Assembly: GCA_050084515.1 (NCBI GenBank)
Contig: CM114271.1
Coordinates: 15,686,001 to 15,750,000, forward strand
Length of the DNA stretch: 64,000 nt
Direction of reading: 5' to 3'
Origin: Blasia pusilla
Lineage: Eukaryota
Shown: one piece after another, positions 26,401 through 39,241 of the stretch
How positions within the stretch are numbered: position 1 is the first letter of the stretch
Layout of the letters: each line of letters starts with the position of its first letter
Made by a program: the position numbers and the translations under genes
The notes under the pieces: generated by a model
Told to the model about the DNA's origin: nothing
The model's input: only the letters and a program-made list of their open reading frames with translations
The model's database searches: none

Positions 26401-29400
26401 AGGCAAAAGTCGTGAGTGCCTTTTGTTGAAATTTGTTAATATCTAGTTTAGTCATGCTCTAAAAATAGTTAGTCAGATACTAACTTAGTTGGATACTAAT
26501 TTAGTTAGCTAGAGATAACTTAGTGTTCCTCTATCTTTTAGGGTAACCTTGAATTAGGGCAATTCTCGAGTTAGGGTTAGCCACCATCTGTTATTTAGGG
26601 TATGGATCTGTTCAAGAAGATCTAAGGGCCAGAAGTGCTCACCCTGATGTATATAATGTCTCTGTTTAGAGAGCAGAAGCCAATTCTACAGCATGCACAG
26701 TTTTGGTGAGGACTCCTGAGGCTCTTGGTCCTGCTGCAGAGTGATCAGAGAGTAGGAAGAGGAGATTGAGACTAATTGCTGTGCTTGCTAGAGCCTCACT
26801 GGAAGGCAGGTTGTTTTGTCTAGTATGCTGATGGAGATTGTTTGTGCTCAATGGTGAGCCATGTCTGATCTCTGAGCTGGTGACATGTGAGGACCTGTAG
26901 TGTGAGTGCAAGGTGTGGCTGAGTAGAATCCTTCTTAGTATCTCTTAGATAGTAAGAAGAGTCACATCATGGTAGGGCTCTGATTTGGCAATAGAGATAG
27001 GAACTGATTTGCTGATTGTGTACAAGCTGAAATCATGGATGGTCTAGCTGATGCTAGCTCTGACTTTGTACAAGGAGATACTTCTGCTGGTCAATCATAT
27101 TCTCAGGTTATGGGCCCACAACTTTCATCAGATGTGTATTCAGTAGTCATCACTCCAGCAACCTTTGCCTTATCCTTCTCCCTGTAGGAGGTCCTTTGCT
27201 TCTCCATCAACTTCTCTTGATTCTTGACTGCAGATCCACTCCTTTTAACTTTCTCTCCCCTTTTCAACTTCTTTGGACAATTGCGAGCAAGATGTCCCTT
27301 CTCTGCACAAATGTAACAAGTTCTGGTCTCTTTCCACTTCCTATCCCTGTTGAGCATGACTGTTTCTTCCACAATCACCTTTCAGGTATCTCATCACACG
27401 CTTGACAGCTTGCCAATGTTGCAAGCCAGGGTTGTGCATGAACCTGCTCAAAACTCCCACTGTGTATGCAAGGTCTGGCCTTGTGGCAACCATTGCATAC
27501 ATAATGCAGCCCACTGCATTCTGATATGGTATGTTAGCCATATCATTCATCTCCAATTCAGTTTGAGGACACATTTCCTTGGTAAGCTTGATTCCTACCT
27601 CCATGGGTGTCCCTACTGGATTACAATCACCCATAGAAAAACGATTGATGACATTCTTCACATATTTGGTTTGGCTCATCTTGATCCAACCAACATCTCT
27701 ATTTCTAGTGATTTGTATTCCGAGTAAATAATTTACTTCTCCTAGATCAACCATTTCAAAAGCTTCACTCAGTCCACGCTTCAGCCTGTGCATAGTTTTC
27801 AGGTCTTCACAGAGGAGTAACAAATCATCTACATACAGTGCTATGTGAACCACAATATTCAACATGTGATAAACACTAGGATCTGCCCTATTCTTGTGAA
27901 AACCCAACTTCTGAAAATAACCGTCAATTTTCTCATACCAGAGTCTTGACGCTTGCTTGAGTCCATATAAAGCTTTCTTCAGCAACCATACCTTGTCTCC
28001 ATCCTTGAAACCTTCTGGTTGTTGCATGTAAATCTCCTCATGCAATTCTCCATGGAGGAAGGCGGTTTTTACATCCATTTGATGTATCTCCCAATTATGC
28101 TTTGCGGCTAATGCTAGCAAGCTTCTTATGGAAGTAAATTTTGCTACAGGAGCAAAAGTCTCTGCATAGTCAAGTCCTTCAATCTGACTGTAGCCTTTAG
28201 CAACTAGTCGAGCTTTATACTTGACCACCTCATTCTTAGGTCCTCTTTTCACTTTGAAGACCCACTTGGAACCGATTGCCTTCCTCATGGGGGGCAAATT
28301 CACCAACTCAAAAGTCTGATTGCTTTGGAGAGATCCCATCTCTTCATGTACCGCTTGCTCCCACTGGATGGCATCATCTCTAGTGAGAGCTTCTTCAAGA
28401 CTTAGCGGTTCATCAGCCTCTAACATTCCTGATGTACAACCTGCATTATCAAGGGCTTGGTAACACACTTCAGCCAGATGCGATTCCTCTGTGAATCTTT
28501 CTTCTTGCTGGTCAGTCTCACCTTTTCCAAGACTTATCCCAAGTCGAATTGGAATTTTGGATGTCCTTGTTGATTTTCGAACTGGAGGTTGTTGCTCTGT
28601 GCCTGTAAGATAACTATCGGTACTCTCTAATGGTACTTCTGATGTTTCTACATCAGGCTTTCTCCTTACGTAAAATCTGGTTGGAGATAATCTCCTTGGA
28701 GATTTATCAACCTCATCATCATTTTCTTCAACCTTGACATCTTTAAAGAATGTCAACTCCTTTTCAAAACTGACTTCTGCAGTGCTAGTAATGCTGCTAC
28801 CAAGATCTTTCTCATTGAAATAGACATCCCTACTTCTGATTGAAGAGTCTGTACCCTTAACATCCAGGTTCATACCCTAAGAATATGCATTTCTCCGATT
28901 TGGAGTCTAGCTTTGTTCTTTTCTCCTTTGGAATCAAAGCATAAGCACAACACCCGAAAACTTTCAGGTGAGAGAGATCTGGTTTCTTACCACTCCATGC
29001 TTCCTCTGGTGTCAAGTTGTCCAATGCTGTTGAAGGACTCAAATTCTTCAAGTAGTTGGCAGTAGTTAGGGCTTCTCCCCAAAATTCTCGACCAAGGTTT
29101 GCTGTGGAGAGCATGGACCTGGTTCTTTCAACCAATGTCCTATTCAGTCTTTCAGCTGCTCCATTCTGCTCTGGACTGCTCCTTGCAGTAACTTGACTCT
29201 TGATTCCCTTTTGAGATAAGAAATCTTTGAACTGTTTGTTGATGTATCTCCACCTCCATCAGTTCTAAGCACTTTCACTTTCAGGCCAAGCTCATTCTCA
29301 ACCTCATTGACAAAATGCTGAAATCTGTCCAAGACTTCATCCTTTGTCTTCATCAAGTAGACAAACGTCCTTCTTGACTTGTCATCAGTGAAAGAAACAA

Positions 29401-32400
29401 AGTATTTTGCACCTCCGTGAGATGCTACTTTCATCGGTCCACACACATCAGAGTGGATGAGCTCAAGCTTTTCTCCTACTCTAGTTTTGGACTTCTTAGG
29501 TATAGAAGTTCTACTCTGTTTCCCTTCTATACAACCTTCACAAAAGAATTCTGAACTATCAGGTTGTAAATGGAATCCAACAACCATCTTCTGGATGCTA
29601 CTTTCATCGGTCCACACACATCAGAGTGGATGAGCTCAAGCTTTTCTCCTACTCTAGTTTTGGACTTCTTAGGTATAGAAGTTCTACTCTGTTTCCCTTC
29701 TATACAACCTTCACAAAAGAATTCTGAACTATCAGGTTGTAAATGGAATCCAACAACCATCTTCTGGAGTTTCCTCATATTCTGAATTCCCAGATGTGCT
29801 AGTCGCCTATGCCAAATGTCTAAAGAATTTTTGTTCAGATCCAATGTTGGCTGATTCTTCATCAACATGTGTTGTATGAAGTTTATAAAGCTGATTGTTC
29901 ACAATCAAAGCTTTTCCGATTTCAGTTGTATCATGATCAAAAATAATGCAATGATCATCTGTAAACAACACTTTGAAACCCTCACTTGCTGAGACTTTCA
30001 CAGAGATCAGATTTTTTCCTATCTCAGGAATATAAAGGACATTTTTGAGAAGTAATTCTCTACAACCTTTCAGATTTAGATGAACTTCACCTTTGGAAGA
30101 AGTTTCCAAAAGTGCTCTGGTAAGCCTCTTGCTCTTATAGGATAGCCCCTGGCTATCTTAAACCCTAAAAGTCTTTAACTAAGGCTAAAGGAGGCTATTA
30201 TGAAACCCTAAAGGTTTTTAACTAAGACTGAAAAAGCTATTGCGAAAACCTATAGGTAATAAACCTAAAAATAGAATTTTACCTATAGATAGAAAAAGCA
30301 ACTTTTCATAGTAAAAAACAGATTTTTTTGCTCCTGATCTTACAGTTGCAATTTCAACAGTTTATATACCAAGCCTATTGATTTACTGTAAGAGACATGC
30401 TCCTTACAGGAAATACTGAACGTGAAGTCCTGACTTCCGGAGACTAAGCAGTGGATCATGGTGGTTCCCAACTATCACAACTCTTGTATGAGAGCTGCAT
30501 CTCCCATTCTCTGATTAGACACGTCATTCACATCACAGGATTGCTGCATTTTCTAACCGTGGCACTGCGATCCTCCCCCCACAATGTACCAACCACCAGC
30601 AGACCTAGATCCATCTAGTTAAGAGTGAGGTGCTCCCATAATGCATCCTAGGGAAACCTCTTGGTCTCTTCCTACAACCTACGGATGGCTGAGAGTAGTT
30701 TCTTTACCAGTTACCTGGTCTTTAACAAAATGATGATTTGCTCCGGCATGTTTCATCCTATCATGACACCTATTAGCACTCTGATTATCACATTAAATTA
30801 CAGATATTCTTGAGCAAAACTGAGATCTCTCTGCAGCTTCCTCAACCACACAGCTTCAGCTGCTGCCTTTGAAATTGCAACATACTCAACGTCAGTACTG
30901 TGTTATTTTGAATTCCAGCTGATTCAGCTTTAGGGAGTTTGATTCCAAATTTCCTGGAATCGAACGCCATAAAGTTCAGTGAATCTCCTGGAATCAAAGT
31001 CTCCAGCCCAGTTCATTGACATTGATTGTAAACCTGCTAATGCTCGCATGGAAGCTGGACAGGCGTCTACTTCAGATAAATGCCCAGAGTTTTGAGAAGA
31101 CAAAGCAGATAGTGCTTCAAGTGTCATATCAGCATAATGTGGGCTATTTGCACTTGCCCTGACCCGGCTTTTGCAGTAAGCAGTACAGGTCGTTTTATGC
31201 CCAATCCAGGGAGGATTCGTTGGAAAGCAGAGAAGAGAGTGATGAGATACCCAAAAAGACTGCTGAAATTGGAATAAGTACAAGATTCCTGAGATGTATC
31301 TCCTTTGACTCAAGTTAATCTATCCCTCTCTGTTTCTCGAAATTTGCATGCCAAGCCACTGGGTAATTTCACCCAGATCTGACATTTGGAATTCTTAACT
31401 GAGTAGATGCTTTACTATGTAATGTGACTCTTTCTGATTGCTATTTAGGATAGTATCATCCACGTAGAAAGCTAGCATAACAAATGTGCTTCATTATCCA
31501 CAAAGATGAAAATTCTGGTCTTCATCAGTAGCCTCAAACCGCAAAGTTTGAGTGAGATATGAGACAATCTTTTGAGAGCATTGTCTGAAATCTTGTTTTG
31601 AGGCCATACAAAGCCTTGTTGAAGGTACAGACTTTTCCAATGATTTCACCACCTTCAAGCCCTTATGGAAGTTCTAAAAAACTCCCGTAAGAAAATTTTT
31701 TTAACGTCCATTCGCTCTACCTCCAGGTCAAATTGGCTGGGAAGAGTCGGAATGGTTTTGAGGCAAGCTATTCTCATCACAGGTGAGAAGGTGTCTAGAT
31801 AATCAATGCTGAAAATAGTATCCCTTGTCTACTTGTCTGGCTTTGTATCTTGCAATTCATCCAACAGAGTTATCCTTGGTCAAAAAAAGCCATTTATATT
31901 TGACAGCATTCTTTCCTTCTGGTTATTTTGTCGCTGTTCATGTTTCATTCTTCTTAGGAGAAGCGAGTTCAGCTTGGAAAGCTTCCACTAAATGTTCTGC
32001 GCCAGGTGTGCTCGAAGCTCCTGATAGTGAGAGTCATTCCCCCTTGAGAGGAAAATATAGCTGTATGTTTGGTGCTATCGGTGTTCCTGATACTTGCTCT
32101 TGGATCAGGAAAATCGAAGATAAGGGGTTTTTGATGAGACATCAACTATTCTTCTACCTTTCTTATGATAGGTTTCAGAGGTTTGGTCTACTGTGGTAGA
32201 CTCACAGTCTCAGTTCCTCCCACTCTGCTATCGCTGACTCCAGCAGAAATTTGAGGGACTAATTTCACTTGGACAATTACTCCAGGTTGAACCTGATGTT
32301 GACGAATCATCACAGGCTGAACTACAAGTTCTGGAATATGGAGGGAGATTGGAACCAGAGAAGCTGGAATATTTAGCGGAAATAATCCCCTTTTTATGAT

Positions 32401-34967
32401 TGGAATTGTCATAGGTTCCATCTCGGAATCACAATCAGATTGTACAACTGCTTGGATTAAAGAGGATTGGAGAGTTCTTGGAAGATTACATTCCTCTCTA
32501 CTATAATCATCTCATCTCATCTTATCTCCTATAAAATCCATTAGTTCCCTCTACATAATTTAGGAGAAGATATCTCAAGTCTTGAGGTCTAGCTTACTTC
32601 TCTTAGACTAATGAATTCTGATATAAACCTTTGAAAGTGAGTAAGGTCTGGTTTTCTACGTGTCCATAACTCATATGTTGTCTTTAACTCCTCGATAGCT
32701 TTGGTAGGGGTTCTATTTAGTAGATACTCTAGTATTCAAGGCTTCTGCCCAAAAGGACTTCAAGTTCAGACTCATGCAACATCAATACAATTCCCTCTTT
32801 ATGAGTTCAGTTTCTCTCGTCACAAATACTGTTTGGCGAAGGGATATGAGGCTCAGTATGTAGCTCTTGAACATTTCCTTTTCCAACAAATTTTTGGTGA
32901 CTCCTATCATCGTTGAACACAAGTGATCCACGTAATCTATTTCTTGGGTCAATAGGAAAAAAACGACAACATATTATATGAATGGGGATAGCTCCATAGA
33001 AGAGAAATGAGAAGAAAAATCGTACTTATAAAGCAAGGAAAGATTGACTTGATCTAGCTCTCATAGACTTCCTCGTAGGAAGACGAGACTCTCGACATTG
33101 CTCATGCAGCATAGATCTTCCACAGCATGAACTCCTGTCTCCCCAGTAGGCTAGCCACCCAAGCTGAGGGCATCAATCATTAATTTTCATGGGGAAAGTA
33201 GGGAAGGAAATGGGATAGCGCTGGTAGGTCTCTTCGTCTTATGTCGCTTGTTCCTACTGAAATGTTCAAAGGTTTTAATGAAGACTGGAAAGAGGTTATT
33301 AGGCAAACCTGAAGGGTGAGAAAACCCTGGCTTAAGATCAGAATTTCTACTCAAATTAAATCCAGAACAAAGTCCTTCACTAAAAACGAGTTTTTTTTTG
33401 TCGTGGGGCATGAAGAACATCGGAGACGACTCTCTGTAATTGGCTTAAGAGTCTGATGCAAACAGAATAAGTTCTGTAAATTGGCTTAGTTCTATCCTGC
33501 ATCTATCTACACCACCTTCTGCTGTGGAGGTAGATCGATGTCTTTCATTAGGTTCAAATATGATGAAAGTGTCGCAGTGGCGAGCCAGATGCTGGGGAGC
33601 CACCCAGAAGGTGATTATCCAACCAGAATGTGACTGTCCCAACCAGATGTTAGGAAACCTAAACTAACACATGATGTGGAAGATATCTGAGGACTTGAGT
33701 AAGCTATTAATCAAACGAGACTACCGAAATAGAACAACTTGCATTTGTAAGGAATGTCGTTTACAACCTTCAGCTCGTCCGACCAGCCATTTTATATGGC
33801 TGTTTAATGTTGTTGCTAAACAGAGTTGTGCACACATTGAACAGAATGTGATTGTCCAACATCCAACCTAACGTAGTCACTCATTAGTGACACTCATTAC
33901 TGGTTACATGCAATGAATCATCAGTAACCCTGTCTATGTATCTCTGTGCTATGTTTCAATTGAGGTAGATTATTTGCTTTCAGCATAGCTACATGGTGGT
34001 TTCTTATATATTTCGACACACAGGCAATTTCTACAGCGTTGATGGTGTCAGCACTTACTATTCCGATGGATGGGAGACTTTCTCATACTCTTTCGATAGT
34101 TGGCAACTTGTCGTAAGTTCCAGGCCCATTTCTGGTTCAGAAGGTGCAAAAATGGGCTTTTGATGCAATTATATTATTCAACTTTGAAAATCTTTGCATA
34201 CACCTTTAATATGGAAATGTGGTATGGAAAATCAATGAGTTCTGGATTTCATTAGGACAAATCATCAGCGGAATATACATCTTATTGTTTTGACCCATCT
34301 TATTTTTCAAATGCAGGTATGTGTTTACTTTTGCATTAGGTGCAGGTCCAGTAACAGCTCTTATTATCCCAGAACTGTGCAGTACAAGAATACGGGCAAA
34401 GGCATTGGCGGTTAGCCTTTGTGTGCATTGGGTATAATGTCGTTCCTCAAAGTTTCAATCCTAATTTTTCAAGTTTTATTCCGCAACGTAGATTTGTTTT
34501 AAGCTCTAGAACATTCAGACATAACCCTAAAGTAGTCGTAGGTTGAATAGTTGAATTAAGTCAAACAGAAAGACACAAGGTGATAACGCACTGCGCTCTT
34601 TATCTGAGGTTGGTTTCTCTCATAATCTGTGTCAAAAATTAAGCAACAGATGATTGGTTTGGGTAAATTCGAATTGCGATTACCCAATACATTGAAGCAT
34701 AAAGTGAAGAATAATTGCGATTAGGAAGAATTTCAATCCAGTGAAAAGTGACTACTTTTGTATGGCAATGTGCAGATATGCAACTTCGGTGTCAGTTTCC
34801 TATTCTTGGAGGCAGTGCAAATGTTTGGTCTTTCAGCAGTATACTCAAGTTGGGGTGTCGTCTCACTTCTTTCGGTCTTATTCACATACAATTACATCGT
34901 AGAAACGAAAGGACGATCACTAGAAGAAATCGAGCTTCTTATGAGCTCAGAACCCAAAATGAGATAG
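20417..34967 (+). CDS. Plastidic glucose transporter-like MFS sugar porter (At1g05030-like), 12 exons, ~524 aa
   Basis: Exons 20417-20570 (least certain, transit-peptide-like), 20764-20908, 21109-21309, 21534-21633, 21885-21997, 22507-22600, 22734-22884, 23237-23383, 24050-24123, 34024-34112, 34317-34431, 34776-34967. All introns are GT-AG with consistent phases, total 1575 nt. Motifs: WLPAFPHV..FGYHIG, GRRRT, YISEVAPTKYRG, ESPRWL, QQFAGINGVLY, GAGPV, VETKGRSLEEIE. Confidence 0.92.
24226..25267 (-). mobile_element. 3' end of an older Copia: 3' LTR (24226-25118), polypurine tract (PPT) and RNase H tail
   Basis: TGTAA...TTACA termini. On the minus strand, PPT GAGTGGGAT abuts the LTR, preceded by an FTRGL..-like RNase H end. 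Confidence 0.65.
26424..27377 (+). mobile_element. Nested insert: Copia LTR (26424-27105) + PBS + inverted gag fragment, with 5-bp TSD
   Basis: TGTTG start and CA end. TSD CCTTT at 26419-26423 and 27378-27382 splits the host RYLKG/THD codons. PBS GGTTATGGGCCCA at 27106. Minus-strand zinc knuckle CYICAEKGHLARNC. Confidence 0.88.
29421..29766. repeat. Apparently perfect 173-bp tandem duplication inside the Copia integrase
   Basis: 29421-29593 equals 29594-29766; duplicated peptide in ORFs 29144-29617 and 29527-29868. Confidence 0.92.
30640..33420 (-). mobile_element. Old degenerate Copia (INT-RT-RH) with an LTR-like segment at ~32910-33420
   Basis: Residual motifs on the minus strand: DYLDTFSPV, FYVDD, WAGDFDSRR, HDRMKH..HHFVKD. 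33050-33175 resembles the LTR at 25440-25595 (agccacccaagctgaggggca). Confidence 0.7.
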
Positions 34968-35509
34968 CGACTCATTCTCCCTTGTTCCAAGTCTGGTATA
35001 AAAATTGAAGTTTTATTTCATTCATCTCCCAGTATCGTGTTCTCCCAGATCTGTTTCAATCTAGCAATTCTGTGTTGTCCCGGTCCCCCAAATGAGCCTA
35101 AAACGGATATCAGTTCACACTATTCCTTCTTCTTTCAACGACCAATTTTTTAAAACTGGCATCTTTCGAGGAAGGAGAAAAAATTGGCTGCGCTATTCTA
35201 ACATGAGCTTTCTCTTCAAATATATTACTATGTCCCTTTGAAGATACCCGTGCCTTCACAAGATAATTGGCCATGATAATATACTATTGTCCTCCTTAAA
35301 GCCATATGAAAGCTGTAGAGGCCACAACCAGAAAGGAGGACTTCGGTATCTGAACTTGAAGAATCGCAAATCACTTATCTCATGAGGACTTCGAGATGAT
35401 AAACTGGGAAAGTCTCGAATCTCTACCCTACATCTCTTACACTGAACCCTCCACGAAAGAACCTGGTATATGTGCTTGAAATAAGTACTTGGGAGATTAT
35501 CCACTATAT

Positions 35510-38500
35510 CATAAAATAAACCTCAAAAGAAGACAAAAAAAGGTAATAACATCTCAAAAGAAAAGTAAAAAAATGCTTAAAAGAATGTAAAAAAAAAATG
35601 GCAACAAGTCAACGCTAACACCGACTCAACAAGTTACACGATTGATAGTTTGAAACAAATATGACAAGAACACGAGTGGTTGGTCAGACGTGAATGGACG
35701 ATGAGGCGAGCGATCCCCCACCACCTCCGCACAACGTATCAATGCCAAGCTTGTGCACGTTGTAAGGCCACTGAGATGCATTTCCAAAAATAAGTAGTAA
35801 CTACCGAGAGAGAAGGACCACGGGAAGGGGTAAGGTGATGATTCTCGAGGGAGTGGTGAGCACATGTTTTCAGGAAAGTATCAAAAGACACATGTAAATG
35901 ACCGAATACTTCCACTGCGAAAGGAATAAATCCATCAGTCGCATGTCTCACAACATAACTTAACTCCTTGATTCTTGCGGCAGCTTCGGTTGCAAAACCT
36001 TTGGTATGTGTGGCTCGACACACCAAGTCAGAACGTGTTGGATCAGCAACCACCACATCACCAAGTGTCTGGAATCCACCTCGAGACATAACAAGATCCA
36101 CTCTCCGGCTACAGGTTGCTTGTGTGGTTGAAGGTAGGACATGGAGTTGCTCTTGCCCAACGGTGTATCTTGCAGTACGAGCCACCGATGCTATCGCCTC
36201 TTTGATGACATCATGTGTGGCCGTTCGTTCTCCACCATGTGCACATCGGAGAATATGGATACCCTTGGCATCAATGGGATCCCCGCATACACAATTCGGC
36301 ACACCGAATAGAGAAGGATGGGGAAGTCCAAGACGTAACCGCAAAGCTGTCGAGAATATACTTTGAGGAAGACAAAATGGAAGAATAAGAGGATTTGCTG
36401 TAAGCCACGCCCCCGCTCCTATACCCGCACATGAACGCAAACGAGCTCGATGAGCGTCACAGGATGCCTCGGAGAGAATGCTGGAAAAGTTTATTTGATG
36501 CAGATTCTCGAAGATATGCTCTTGAAGTCGATCAAGCCCTTCTGTAATCAGTTGACTCAAAGGGGGTAGAATTGCTTGTGTAGCAAGAGGAAGAAGAGCT
36601 CGTGGAGATCTCAGTTGTTATTGAAATAACAAGTCCCTCTCCTCTACATGGGCGATATGATCCATCAAGATAGGTGTATCTCCTTGGAGAAACCTTGAAG
36701 CCATAATCGGTGCTACCAATGCCCAACTCCCCAAAAAGGCTGTGGGAGCAGATGCGACTGTGGAGGACAGTCCCACCCCTCCAAAAGAAATAGGCAAGAT
36801 AGCTTGTTGTGAAGCAAAGACACCATCCTCTCCGTCAAAGGTATTCGGGCCAAGAAGTTGACCAAAAGTTGCCAAGATAGAAAAGTCAAAAGAGGCCAAC
36901 CGATGTAAGAACCTTGTAGTGGGAGAACAAGAGCGAAGAAGGTAGGAAGGACGTCGTAGAAAAAATTGGGAGAGAATCGTATAAGCCACTTGGGGATCCC
37001 CTAGATGAGGTAACAAATGAAGCCATTCCACGTCTTTCAAAAGGGCCTAATCCAAGAACTTTGAGACATAGTCGATGAAGCCAATTGGGACCCCAAGAAC
37101 TCTAACCCCTTCAATATAGATGGGAAAATCATGAGTAGGTGGGATGAATGTTGAGGGAAGGCATGAAGGAGACCATATTCCACATTTACTAGGTTGGACT
37201 TTAAGGTTTAAGAAAGAAAGCTGCTCCACGAAATGGGTATAAGCAAGAACCACTTGCGAAGGAGGACCTATAATGTGAGTGTCATCAGCAATAGAAGGGA
37301 AAAGACGAGATGGAAACGCTTGCGCTGATGCTCGAAGGGCACAAAAATGGGCAATGGCAAAGAGTGGGCCACCCATGGGATCTCCTTGACATGTGCCACA
37401 AGCCGATTGTAGAATATTATATTCCCCGGAAGTAGCAGGATGGGAATAGATAATGGGCATATCATAGATATAGAAGGAGTGAACAAATGGAATGAGGCTC
37501 GCAAGTTGTCCATCTGCATAACGTAACTCCTCAAAGATGGCCGCACGAGAAACTGAATTGAATGCATTAGCCACATCGACTTGAATTGCTACCCAATCTG
37601 GATGAATATCAAGAGTGGAGCAAATCCCATGCACTACAACCTCACAACCTCTAGGAGTTGCCACTCCAAATTGATGAGGAAATAAGTGGGGACACTAAAG
37701 TGAGGACAAAATTGCAGGCATAGGGGTCGACTAATCAATCGGTATAAAACCTCTCCAATAGCCAAAGGGCGCACACCTGAAGGAGGCTTATCCATAGCCA
37801 AAAGATGACAAGCCCCTGAGAGCCTAGAGATAGAGAATGGGAGAAGACTTGCCACCATATGTGCACACACCTTATATAGAGAGACAAAGCCACTTGCTGA
37901 ATCTACTGGGATAAAGCAATCGCAGAGATGCTTAAAAACCATTCCTGATAGCCCGCTTGCTGATAGGCGAGGAGTATGAAGAAAAACCCTCGTGAAAACC
38001 TCCAAGTCAAGTTCCAAGTCAAGGTCCGTTATATAGTCTTCCACAAAAGGTGGAGCATCGCCACTTGAAGGATGATGAAGAGCTTCTAAGAGGACTTGGA
38101 AACGTGAAAACTCACCAACCTACCCCAAAAGTAGACTTGGGGTAAGGCATTGTTGTATTGAAGGCCTCCCATGATTGGCATGTTGAGTGGGATTAGCTGC
38201 AGCTAAGGCCTCTGCTCGAGGTACATGCTCATTCTGAAGATTCTCCCAATCCCCAGACATAAAGCGTTGAATATATGTGGAGGTTTCACTATGACTCGTC
38301 GTACCACTCCTTGGAGGGAGGACTAAAACCCATTGTGGGAAGAGTAATAGGAGATACCAAGCATTGATATCTGTGGGGTCAAGTGCTAACCTTTCTAATG
38401 GGAAAAGCAAAGCTTGCTAGGTGATGGGGCGAAGAACACGCTAGAATGGTCGCAATGCCCTGCACCTAGTGATCTTGCTTGTGTCAGACCAACATGGGTC

Positions 38501-38520
38501 AAATATGGGTAGCTAAGGGT
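35510..38520 (-). mobile_element. Near-full-length degenerate CRE-like non-LTR retrotransposon (RT + Zn-knuckle + RLE)
   Basis: RT motifs VRPLAIGE, DVANAFNSVSR, QGDPMGGPLF, IADD, VLGVPIG, followed by CVC..H..RC.HGGERTATHD..RRVD..DVVVADP..KE..Y..FIPFAVEVFG. Multiple stops and frameshifts. Confidence 0.88.
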
Positions 38521-38943
38521 TGTAGTAGAGACACGAACATGTCTGTTTCTGTGCAACCTTGGGCAGGGATGTGAAGGAAGAGTACGAGTGGGTCTTAGGG
38601 ATTGATCGTGTGGCTGTTGGGATTATGCAAGATGTGGGATCTTGGGAAGTAAAGGGAGTGACACCGAATGCGATCCAAGGTGTGGGATTCTCGCTTGAGG
38701 ATTGAATATGAGAATTTTTTCCCCTAAGATAGACAATATCGGACATAAACTTTTTCGCATGCAATCTAGTTCTTTTTTGAATCATCAAACTAGATTTTTC
38801 TTCTAGTGTTATGGTAATGATACTTACTGAAGGTGACAAGGTTGCACAAATACAAATTATGTGTCCGCGGACATATCCATGTTCGCGAACTTATGGTGAA
38901 TTTCGTATAGTAAAATCATCCACTATATAAACTCCTCTCTTAT

Positions 38944-39241
38944 TAATCGCGCTTAACTGACAAACCAAGATTAAGCTTCCCTACTTCGTATGAATACCAA
39001 ATATAGCACTTCAGGTGCCTCATGAGCTTGACTGTAACTCAATCTTCAATAGCAACAAGGGAGACTCAAGAAATGAAGTAGAAGGTCAAGGCTTCATCAC
39101 CTTCTACTTCATTTCTTGAGTCTCCCTTGTTGCTATTGAAGATTGAGTTACAGTCAAGCTCATGAGACACCTGAACTGTTATATTTGGTACTCACACGAA
39201 GTAGGGAAGCTTAATCTTGGTTAGTCAATTAAGCGCGATTA
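38944..39241. repeat. Long inverted repeat (143-bp arms, 12-nt loop) spanning the Copia 5' junction
   Basis: Arms 38944-39086 and 39099-39241. Inner ~68 bp perfect; 7 mismatches counted in the outer part. Confidence 0.95.

Larger units (their letters stand above)
25273..30359 (-). mobile_element. Young, rearranged Ty1/Copia element (PR-INT-RT-RH; gag and primer-binding site (PBS) deleted)
   Basis: 3' LTR 25273-25894 and partial 5' LTR 30111-30359, which appears identical to 25646-25894. TSD GTTTA at 25268-25272 and 30360-30364. ORFs carry WHRRLAH, IHSDVCGP, KARLVAKG, YVDDL, RTKHIDI. PPT TTGAGTGGGAG. Confidence 0.95.
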
